Assembly: GCA_964036045.1 (NCBI GenBank)
Contig: OZ038379.1
Span: 76,074,001 to 76,138,000, forward strand
Direction: 5' to 3'
Origin: Eutreptiella sp. 'Long Island Sound 2002'
Lineage: Eukaryota > Protista > Euglenida
Length of the DNA: 64,000 bases
A model generated the notes under the pieces. That model was given only the letters and a program-made list of their open reading frames with translations. It did not search any database and was not told where the DNA came from. Both the position numbers and the translations under genes were made by a program. This document shows positions 38,251-48,894 of the stretch, one piece after another. Numbering within the stretch: position 1 is the stretch's first letter; each line of letters opens with the position of its first letter.

Positions 38251-39443
38251 GCAGAGCAAGGGTTAGAGACTAACCGGCACTGTGGGAGGGTGGTGGGTGC
38301 GAGCTGGCCCAAATGTACAGATGGCCAAGGCCAAAGCACAATCAGCAGCCACCTGGAGTGGTACAGAACTGGTCTGCGCTGCAGTGCAGCAAGGCAAAAC
38401 ACTGAACTGTGTGGTGATGACCATGCGCCTGTGACACGGGGGCGTATGCAAGCCCAGTATCCGTTGCCTCATGGCCGTGTGTTCAGGTGGGCCGGTAAAC
38501 CACAGGATGTGGAGTCTTACATCAAGAAGCATGCTCCCTAGGTGGTGAGTCATTTGGTTGTTCAAGATTGTCCTCTGGGACTATATCACACACAAATAGC
38601 AACACACAAATAGCTGTTTCCTTGTGAGACTTTTGTCACCATTGATCTGCTAGTGCGGTGACTCCGTCTGCGGTTCTAATTGTTCAGGGTTCTTCTTTGT
38701 TTGGTGTTATTATTGGGCGTCTCTTGTTTAGTGCGCCATTGCAACAATACATGGCTTCGGTGGGTTTCAATAGTGAAGTCTCATGGGCAGATATTCAATT
38801 CCTAGTTTCCAGGTGGATCACATAGTGAGCATTGTTAAGCACATCACATAAGTAGTCGGACACGCATGAGGCCGGAGATTCGGGGGGGCCCAAGAGATGA
38901 ATAGAGGTCGGGATATGAAGAGGGATATACACCAAAGGACAGATCATCAGGCAATCTAACTGAGACATCCATCACCGCAGACAGCCACTATAGGAAGGAG
39001 GAATTGGGCCATGGAATGAGTGGAGTGCCATCAACACAGCATCAGTTGGAAAGTGTGCAAGACCCTAGCATTGAGAGGACCGCAACAAGGATTGATACTG
39101 ACCTGGTGCCACCGGAGTCCTGAGATCTAGCGAAACAGGTAAGGAAGGAAGACCATGCCTTTCCATGAACCTGAATTTCGGGGCAAACACCAAATGGCAA
39201 AGCATTTTAAATAGGGTTAGTACGCAGTTCAATAGGGTAAGTACCAAGTGTTCCACCAACACCTTGGCTTAAATCAACTTAATTAGGTGGTTTGTGGCAT
39301 GATTACAGATTGGGATGAAGGTGTTCAAATGGTGAGGTCACCTAAATCAGGGCGCGGCACCTTTTCTTTCCTTGCTCGCTCGCTCACTCATCTTCTCCTC
39401 AATGCCCCTCGCTGTTGCCCTTCCATTCCTCCCTGAATCTTAG

Positions 39444-39689
39444 GGCTTCGGCAAGGGCTATGAAGCTCCAAAGGAGCTGAAGGTATTCTACGATGCAGGG
39501 CTGTACGACAGCACATATGTGGACATCTATGGCCGCTGGCCTGGTGAATGTGGGTTTCTCCCTCCACTGGAGGCAATGGCAGGGAAGACTCCGCAGGACA
39601 TGGAGCTAGAGTGCCCTGATGGATATGACAGTAATTACCGCGACCTCAATGGGAAGGGTCCGCAGGAGTCTGGATTCATGCCGCCAAAG
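39444..39689 (+). CDS. Exon C of giant protein (246 bp, 82 aa)
   Basis: ttag|ggc ttc ggc ... two core repeats (YDSTYVDIYGRWPGECGFLPP, YDSNYRDLNGKGPQESGFMPP) ... aag|gtattg. The ORF track shows only part of it (39519-39746). Confidence 0.9.
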
Positions 39690-40770
39690 GTATTGCCTCA
39701 CAGGGGATTGCTTTACTTTGGGGGACAATGCTGGCCTTTTTTGTAAGACACACACGATGCTGCATGTGAAGGGAGGGAGCATGCAGGCCTAGGGGCCAAT
39801 GGAGGAGAGAAAAGGTGTAGGAACGGTTGAGAAAGCTTGTGGTGTCATTGTTTTGTTCACAGAGGCTGTCTCCACGGGATTCCTGGCTTAGGCAATTCAA
39901 GGCCCCAGCCCCCCCCCCCCCCCAAGGGATGCGGTCAAGTAGCTACACGTCCCCTCCCACATCGGCATTAAAGGCAATGGGCGGGCAGACCACCTGGCGG
40001 ATGTGGGGCAACGCCGCTCCCCCCTGCTTTTTGGGCTCATCTCCATACTTCCCCCCCCCCCCCCCCCAACTGGAGGACGAGGATTCTGACCGTAAGGATG
40101 AAGCGTCCATCTGGGGATGGGAGGAGGGACACATCTCACAGCCGGAGTCAGCACCACGCACAGGTATGGGCATTAACACTCTACCGGGACGCAGCCGGGT
40201 ACAGCGGTCAAACCACGATCCCTGCCGCCGACCCCTCTGACAGACATTGAAATCTGTACCCCGCTGCAGGCGAGTAATAGACCCTGGCTGCCTACACCAG
40301 GGTCCAGGATCCCATGGTCTAATGTGAAACTAAATGGGGCCAACAGTATGGACCAAACGCCCGTGACGTGCGGGCGATTCACCACACCTCACCAGGTGGG
40401 CCTGACATGCACGGCGTCACACCCCAACCGAACTCCCCACTGTTCCCCCAGGCATCCGTACGGCTGCTGGCATCGTTGGAGCTGGTGGCAATGGAGGGCG
40501 AGGACCCCCTCTCTCCCCACAGCCTGAATTTTTCTACCTCATCACAGGAGGCCCGCTCGGACGGATCCGCGCCGGCCTTCCCCTCCGCGGCTTCCACGTT
40601 GTCATGCAGTACGGAAGGATCGCGCTGCCACACTCCCTGAATGTTGAATGTTGTATGTCTTTAACTTTAACCAAACTTGTACCCACTGGGTTTTTCAACC
40701 TAAGGTCCCAGCGAAGTCCAACCATGTGTGGCCAGATGGGGCCAGCTACCACAACAGCACGGGGAGGGAG

Positions 40771-41181
40771 CAGTCCTGGAGATAGAGTGTATCCCAAAAC
40801 TTGTAATTATTGTATCCGACTGTATCCCAGGCTTTAGAAGTGTGTGTCCAATGTGTATCCCAACTTTCAAGTGTGTGTATCACATGTGTATCCCAACTTT
40901 TTCTTCATTTATAGTCCTACGCGCTCAGTTCCCCAGTCCTTCGTTCCCTTGCGGCTCTTCCCCAGACACGATGAAGCAATTATCTTTGAAGCCGCATCTT
41001 ACAGCTCCCTCTGCAAAGGATAATGACTCCTCTTCTAGCTCAGGCTCCCCAGCCCCATTTTTCATGGTTTGCATGTATCACATGTGTATCCCAGGGGTCT
41101 AGAGTGTGTATCCTGTGCGTATCCCAAAAACAAAAAGTGTGTATCCCGTGCTATTGTGGATACACTCTATCTCCAGGTCTG
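40771..41181. mobile_element. hAT-type MITE (411 bp)
   Basis: 24-bp TIR cag(t/a)cctggagatagagtgtatcc with one mismatch; 8-bp TSD ggagggag (40763-40770, 41182-41189); many internal tgtatccc motifs. Confidence 0.85.
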
Positions 41182-42179
41182 GGAGGGAGTGACCCCTGAC
41201 CGGAATGTACGCCTGACCCTGTAGAGCCCGGAGCGCCAGTGTAGCCAGCAGAGGTTGGGTCGAGGGATGAACTTCTGTTCGCCGGACACCCAGCGGATGT
41301 GCCAAACGTTGGCATGATGGAATGAAGGCGATGATGGTCGCGGGGCAGGCGCAACCAGAGCCTAATGCGGACACTGCAACCTGACCATACTGAGGCCCCC
41401 CGAGGGCCCTTTGGGCCCAGGATAGTGGCTAGGTCAATCCGCTTGAGCGAACACTGACCTTTGGCGTCAAAGACGCGAGAGGAAAAATCACTCCAAAGAG
41501 AAGTTGTTAAATCAAGCGCTGCCGCAGGTGTCGTATAGCTCCTCATATTTCCGCTTTTTTGTCCATTTCATTGACATACATGATTGCCAAATGCTGCAAC
41601 ATCTCATTACTCATTCACGTACAGGTGCAGGTTGCAGTGCAGCTTTGCGGGCATGTGTTCCGGGCTGGGCATAGGAACCATCTACTTGTATCTTGTGTTT
41701 CTTTTTTTACCCAAAACATGGTCTCTCAAGATAGCACCCTTTGATGACAGCCAAATTGCACATAAAGTACAATCCAATTTCCTATTTTGACCTTCACCCT
41801 CGGTGTCTGTACAACATAGGTACTGCATGATGCCTTCTCCAATTACCCACGGCAAACAGTTTTTAATACTCTTGCTTGTCTCTTTGTTCCTTTTGGGTTG
41901 TGTTGTCCCCTCCTCATTGGGTTCAATAGTAGATATCACAAGACAAAGTGAAGAGAACAATGAGCTGTCAAAGCACAGCACAGAAGAAAAAAAAGGGAAA
42001 AAACAAGTTGGGATTGTGTGCCCCGTGTGCCCCTGTCCGTGCCTAGGTTGGTGCGGATTGCCAATCCCAGGAACTGGATCCAAAGACCTCTCAAGCACAG
42101 ATGCACCATTTAATCACTAGAGTACTGGCCATCTCTGACAAATGACTGCCCAAGGATGGGATTGGTATTCTATTGCCTT

Positions 42180-43650
42180 CGGCAAGTCCACCTCGCAGAG
42201 AATCTACCCCAAGCAACACACACCCAAAATAGGGTAAAAACTACATAAATTTGGGCTAAAAAGTGCTTTACATATCTTGGATGGTCATTGTAGGTGACCA
42301 CAATATCAAAAAAAAAAAGGTTCGGAAACTTCGATTTTGAGCTGTATAGGCTAAAAAACTGCATTTGCAGGTTGTGTACCAATCCCTTGGGAGCCCCCCG
42401 CGCACCCAATACCCAAATAAGGTGAAAAACACGCAAATACGGCCTAAAACATGGTTTACATACCTTGGATGGTCATTTTAGGTGATCACAATATCAAAAA
42501 AAATAAGTTCCGGAAACTTCGATTTTTGAGCCGCCCAGGATGAAAAAGTACATGAGCAGGCTGTGCACGGGCCCATTCACTATGCCATTATTCGGGGAAA
42601 ACAGCCATTTTGCATCTTTGGCACGGGTTTGGACCGGCCTTTGGCAGGGCTACAGGCTGCAAAAAACGTCCTTTCGTATCCTAGTAGGCATACACCGTCA
42701 CAACATCCCCACTCACACCCCTCATAATGGGTAGAATGGGGTCAACAAGGTCGCCAAAACCGCCAACATAGCAAAAATGGCTGAAAAGTGCATAAACTAC
42801 ATAAGCGCTCGTCCCACTCCGCCCCATACAAACCCCATGGAGTCGGGACCTGGAAACACTTTTTCGGCTCAAAATTGAAAAAAAACCAAAAGATTCATGA
42901 TTTTCGACCCAAAAAAAGGGGGGGTTCATTTCTTCAATATCCCCCCCCCCCCCACCTCCCTCAAAAGCTCCAAAAAGTGGGTTTCAAGTGGGGGGGTCTG
43001 GGGGGTCCGGACCAAAAACTCATTGGGGGATGTGTTTATTGGACAAAATAATGATTTTACAAGGGGTCAAACTAACAATTCAACCGATTGGGGTAGGGTA
43101 CGCGAATAGGCCCAAAAAGGCCCAAAAAGAAGTGGTGTCTTCCCCTATGTACAGGGCTGCCTTGCTTTGATCTAACAACCTCCGCCACGTGATTTCGAAA
43201 ACTTCGATTTTTGAGCTGCCCAAGGTGAAAAACTGCATCAGCAAGTTGTGTACCAATCCCTTGGGAGACCCCCCCCCTCCCCGCGCACCCAATACCCAAA
43301 CAAGGTGAAAAATAGGTAAATACGGCCTAAAACATGGTTTATATACCTTGGATGGTCATTTTAGGTGATCACAATATCAAAAAAATAAGTTCAGGAAACT
43401 TCGACTTTTGAGCTGCCCAGGGTGAAAAGCTGCATAAGCAGGTTGTGTACCGGCCCATTCCCTCATGTAACCCATTGTTGGTGGAAACAGCCATTTTGCG
43501 TCTTTGGCAAGGGTTTGGACCGGCCCTCGGCAGGGCTACAGACTGCAAAAAACGTCTTTTCGTATATATTGTCACAATATCCCCACTCACACCCGTGAAA
43601 GTGGGTAGCATGGGGTCAGCAATCGCCGGAATCACAAATGATGTCCGTTG
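42180..43650 (+). repeat. Degenerate tandem/dispersed repeat family
   Basis: ttggatggtcatt.taggtga.cacaatatcaaaaaaa..agtt..ggaaacttcga.ttttgagc at ~42277, ~42464 and ~43348; inverted relatives at ~51690-52000; shares gcagagaatc...ccaagcaa with ~56310. Confidence 0.75.
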
Positions 43651-43740
43651 GCAAAGAATTGATTACTGGCACGCATGTTATCTGGAGCATGATGTGAGAG
43701 AAGTCTTTTTTGAGGTCAGTGTCTGAGCGGGGTTTGGCTT

Positions 43741-44929
43741 TTGGCGTGCCGCAGGTGCTGCAGGCCTCGCAGGAAAAGCGCTCTCATTATCCCGCCCCTC
43801 GTCGGTGCCATCCATAGGCGTCTTGCAGGAGGAGGCGCCAAGCCAGGGGCACAGGATTACGCGACCCCCGAGATGCTGCGGCATCTATGGCAGCGGGGAG
43901 ACACAGAGGAGGACCGCGCATTCGTGGCCATTATTTTCCTGTTGTGGATCTGCTTCTGGCGCGTCAGGGAAGTGGCGTTAGTCCGCCCCTTCGATCTTCT
44001 CGAAGCGGGGGATGGATCCTTCTATCGCACGAAGTCCGGCAGGCCCAAAGGCTGCCACAGACGGCCTCTCTTCAAGTTTGGCATGTCCTGGGCTGGCTAC
44101 CTGTCCGAGCGGACGACGGAACCTCCCCCTCGACGAGCCTATCTTCCAGGGAGGAGGGGCAGTGTTCAAAGACCGGCTCGGGTCTCTCCTCCGGGGGGCC
44201 CGATGGAGCGGTTATGCATGGCACAGCCTCAAGAGAGGGGGTGCCGCCTGTTGGAGCCTGAAACCTGGGCTGCCCTACTTCAAATGGTGGGGAGGTTGGG
44301 CTTCTATTGGGGTTGCCATGCGCTACGCGACAGCTTTCCTTCATCATGGAGTGCTGGCGCCATTGGCCTTACCATGGCCTGGATCAGAAGTTGGAGAGCC
44401 TCAAGTGGTCAACTGCTTATCTGTGTGGGGTTCTGCTATGTTTGGGGCAGACGCAGTGGATGAAGCCTTGGGTTATGTGGGGGCCGTCTTTGGTCTTGCT
44501 CGCCCACATCTTGGCGCCGTGGCTGTTAAGCCTCCTGCGACGGTGGTGGGGGGCACCGACGGCGGCGCTCCTGGCCATGAATCGGACAGTCCTTCTACAG
44601 GCTCCGAGGGGTCCAGCTCCTGTGAATCAATCGACTTGGATGGCAGGATCATCGAGCAGCCGGTCAGGGCGGGAGCTCCCGCAGGCCCAGCCTTCAGGGT
44701 CGAAATCGAGGGGCAGTCCGCGGGGCGGAACTGGGGTGGGGGGGGCGGGACGGCAAAAGCGCAAACGGCAAGCCCCCCCCGTCCACCCTCTAAGCGCCGC
44801 AAAGCAGACGTCGAGTTAGGGCTCTGGGTGTCTCCGGTGATCGTGAAGGGGGGGGAAGGCTGGCGCGTCGGTGGGAGTGGAGAGTCTCTGCTTGAGGGTC
44901 CCCCCCACACCCCAGCGCTGTGTTCTTAG
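43741..44929 (+). pseudogene. Tyrosine recombinase of element A (frameshift ~44125)
   Basis: FWRVRE (catalytic R), RTKSG (K), WHSLKRGGAA (H-x-x-R), WWGGW, AMRYA (catalytic Y). Confidence 0.85.
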
Positions 44930-45199
44930 GCCCCGCCCCGCGCAAGCTGCGTTGGGTCTGGGACCACCGCCTAAACGATGTGCCACTGGAGATGAGAGGC
45001 CGGGCCAGAATCCCGTCCCGCAGGCCACCGGCCTTTCGGCTAAGTTCCAGGGGCGCCCGAGGCAGTGTTGATTTCCTTCTATCCCATCAATTATGTTTGT
45101 TTTCATCTCCACTACGGAGTCCAAGCACCCCCCTGTCCCCTTCCCCTTCTCCGGTGCCGTCCTCCCGGCCCCCACCTGAGCCCCCCCCGTACCTCGTCA

Positions 45200-47267
45200 T
45201 CACTACCCGAGGCAAAGAGTGAGGCCACGCCCTTATTTGTGCAGTTCATGGAGGTACTGGCACCCCATTTACCGTGGATTGCCCGGAAGCTGCCCTGCCC
45301 TTTGGAACTCTTTTTTAAGAGATCTCATATGTTTTTAGAAAGGAGTTTTAGCACCGCGGAGGATTTCAGGTTTGGGGAGGCTTTGCCCATCCTTTTGCAG
45401 AGTTTTGCTGAATTGCAGGAGGATGCGTGGGAGGGGCTTGTGCACTTGGCCACGTCCCCTATACCCCAGATGGCCCGCTCTGATCCGGGCTTGGCGGCGA
45501 AGGGCCTGGGTAAGATGGGTTCCTACGTTATTCCCCAACGGCTTTGGCAACAGCTCGTCCCTGAGTCCTTTTTGGGGGATGCACTGAGTTATGATGTCGA
45601 GGCTGACCCAGAGGGCAGTTGCGGTACGGTGGGGGCGGGGGTGGCGGAGATGGCGTCCACGTTGCTGAATTCTGGAGTCCTTAGCGCAACCCCGTTGCCC
45701 CCGCCCTGCTTTCCGTTCATCATACCCGAAAGTAGTGAGAAGGTCAGCTTAATCTTGTCCTACTTGGGCATGAACGAGCGGATAGAAGACCCGCTTACTT
45801 TTCAGTTGCCCTCATGTGAGGGTATCGCGCAGCTGCTTGCATCCACGCCATGGTCCTGCCCCCTTTACTGCACCCATGTGGATCTCACCAGCGCGTTTTG
45901 GAGCTTCCGCCTCCCCCCTGCAATGCGCACTGCTTTCCGGTTTCGGGCCCGGCCCGGCGGCCAGGTTTTTGCCCTGGATAGGCTACCTGTTGGGTGGAAG
46001 TTTCCCCCATTTTTTGCCAGCGCATTTTGGGGGATCTAGTGCGACCTCTGATACCCCCCCCCACATGGAATCGTTGCATTATCTAGGCGATTTCTTGTTG
46101 GTGGGGGGCGATCTTGAGGAGGTACCGCGCCACCATCAAGCCTCTCATGCTCGCCCTTGTCAAGGAAAAGTTCGGGGCCTATCTGTGGATGTCCCTGGCC
46201 CAACTCACAGACGCCATTCGGTCGCACCTACAGGCTGTCACCCCAGATGACGAGATGCGTTCTGCTCCCAGATGGCAGAACATATGGCGTCGGAGCCGGC
46301 GTCGCAGGATTTCCGCGACTCCGTGGAAGCCGACCCAGGCCGTTACTGATCGGGTGGTGGCTCCCCCACAGGGGGTGTCTTTTGTGATTAGCCGGAAATC
46401 CATGCTGCAACCGGTCCGGAAAATATTCTTTTTGGGTAAATGGTTGGACCTGCAGGGTAGGGAGATCAGGTCGCACCCCCGGGCTTTTCTGCAGATGTTT
46501 CATGCGTGGGTCGGGCTTGCATGTACGTCCCCACTTTCTAGCAGGCTGCTGCCCAAGATCCCAGGTTTTTTGCAGTGGCATGTTCGTCCCCATGTAGGTT
46601 CAGGGCCGCACCCGGCGGGAGCTTACTGCCATGGTCGGTGGGGCACATCGGGACTACCGACCCCGGTGAAGGTTTTGCACTCTTTGGTCACAGTTATGGT
46701 GCGGTGTGCGGAACCATGGAGACCCCCTGCCCATAGTGAGTTCCAGGTGGCCAGAAATCTGTTTGTGTCAGGTGTAACCCTCCTGGAGTTTTTTGGCCCG
46801 TCCATCTTTGTCGATGCAACTTTGGACAACTTTGGCTTTAGGGTGGGAGGGGTGATACCGGGTCGGGGGGTTAGATCCTGGCTTGTGCAGGACTGTATCA
46901 CCAATCAGCAAGTGGCAGAGCTCCAGCAGATTGCATGGGCGGTGCGCCTGGCTGCCGTCTTGGATGGCGCGCCGTGACCGTCTTTACAGACAGTACGGCC
47001 GCTAGTTGTCAAGCGGTCGGCCTTAGGGCTAAAACGTGGCTCAAGCGCCAGATGAGGGTGCTGCGTGCTGCGTGGCGGTTGGCGGTTCTGGGTATGATCG
47101 TCACATTTGTTTGGGTCCCATCAGCCCTTCAACCGGCGGATCTGCCCAGTCGCTTGTTCTCTGACCACAACGGTAGTATAAGTGCGGCGGAGGGCGCATG
47201 GTGCATTTACGAACGGCTAGTAGGTGTCCCCATGGCTTGCACTATCTTTGGAGTGGTGTTTGTCTGA
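45200..47267 (+). pseudogene. RT/RNase H of element A (frameshifted, YLGD active site, 211-bp insertion)
   Basis: THVDLTSAFWSF, RLPVGWK, HYLGDFL, FFLGK, IRSHPRAFLQMF, IFVDAT, QQVAEL, VFTDS, QPADLPSR all align with element B. Confidence 0.85.
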
Positions 47268-48894
47268 AGTGTGCCCCACCCAGCCGCTCTCGAGACCTAC
47301 CATTCCAAGGTGGTCCACCAGACAGCCCGGGGGCGTCCGGGGTGTCAGCACTGCCACACGAGCTTCGTACAAATCCCTGTCCCACACCCGATTCCTTGCC
47401 CTTCCCTTATGCCCTGAAAAAGCCTGCCGCGAGCCAGACCAGCACCAGCGTCCCCTACACCCAGAGAAAGGGGAGGGCCCCCTCCCTTTGGTGGGTCGAC
47501 AGGGAAAGATAAACTGCCCCCCCCCCGCCCCCACTCCACGAGGACCCGCCAGCAATGGCGGCAGTGGTGGTGCTGTTCTGGGGCTTTGACGTTGGGGTCT
47601 CCAAATTTCGTGACGGTCTGTTCTGGGGCGGACCGGAGGCGGACGGCCAAGTCGGCGGCCGCCGCATGGAGGAGGGCCGGTGCCTCCTGCTCTGGGCACG
47701 GGTGCGCGAAAATCAACTGAGCATGGTGAGCCTGGTGGCCAAGGATCACCCGGCGTACAGGACGCCCCGCCAGTCGGCGGGACCGGACGTCGCGCAAATG
47801 TTGTAGCGCGTGTGCCCTTCCGCGTGTCATCGCTTAGGCTAAGCGGCGGTACGGCCACCACGGCGCCCTCACGCGCGCTTACGACCGCACATGGAAAATA
47901 GGGCTATTTGCATATGGGGGTACCATTCAGCCCTGGGGCCCACGATGCCGGGCGCACGGTTACGTATGCACGGTTCTGTTCGTGCAGTACCTAACCAAAG
48001 ACCGTGCTTTGTGCTTGAGAGCCTGACTGCAGGTCTGTGTTTTCTCTTTCATATGCCCCTGCTAGTGCCCGGGTGTCTCTCTTCGGTGTTTCCTGCCTCC
48101 TCCGCCTGCGTGGTGTCCCCCTGTGGCCTACTGAGACCACACGCGAACTCCGGTGGGCCGCTCGTGACATGGTTTCATGCTGTGGGTGAACAACCCTAGC
48201 AGCGTGGGCGCAGAGGCTAGTGCCGTGGCCGTTGGCTGTGGCTGCCGGTTCCGGAGGAGGCGCTTCTGTCCCTTCCGTTTTCCGGCGGTTGATGACCGGT
48301 TGATGACCGGTTGATGGCGCGCGCTGTCCTTATGTCGTGCTTGTCCGCGATGGCCCCCTCCCCTCCCAATCGGACATTACTTTACCGCCTACGCCTCACG
48401 TGACTCGGTGTGGGACGCCCCATCCATACTCCGCGGGTGCGCCGGGGCGGAACTGTACAAATACTAAATCCTCTCCCCCCCCCCCCCTCCCCCTCCCCCT
48501 CCCTGATTGACCCGGCCGGACAGCGCCCTCTCCTGGATGGGGGGGGGGGGGTTCGGGCTGGTTTGGGGAGGGAACATGGGAGGATAGAAAGGTAAACCGG
48601 AGCGGTGTGTCTGCCCAACGACTTGATGCTTGTGTGCCTTGGTAAACTCTAGTTTGTCCCCCAAACTGGGATTACCATTTCTGCCCTCCCCCCCCCCTAG
48701 GGGCCTGCGGCCAACAGTTAGTTGCCAAAGGTGTTGCCCTCAGGCGTCCATGGGCGCCTAAGGCGCCCAATGCTCCATGAACACCAAAGGTGCCCTAAGG
48801 AAAATTTGTCCAATTTGCACCCCAACACTATCCCTCAACCCAACCTTGACTTTAACACCCGGGCCCCAACCCTCAGCCTACTCCTATCCCTACA

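Larger units (their letters stand above)
30068..39443 (+). other. Intron 2 (GT-AG, phase 0, 9,376 bp)
   Basis: The join gives TSQ|GFGKG, exactly as in the sibling domains (TSQGFGKAP). A long pyrimidine tract at 39361-39440 precedes ttag. Confidence 0.9.
43720..48460 (+). mobile_element. Tyrosine-recombinase retrotransposon A (5'-truncated, decayed; YR then RT/RNase H)
   Basis: Collinear and homologous with element B over YR and RT/RH; no gag ORF; several frameshifts; 3' end approximate. Confidence 0.8.

Noticed and set aside
38810-38845. QVDHIV as an HNH nuclease motif
   Set aside because: A stop follows within eight codons, and there is no downstream N/H or Cys pattern.
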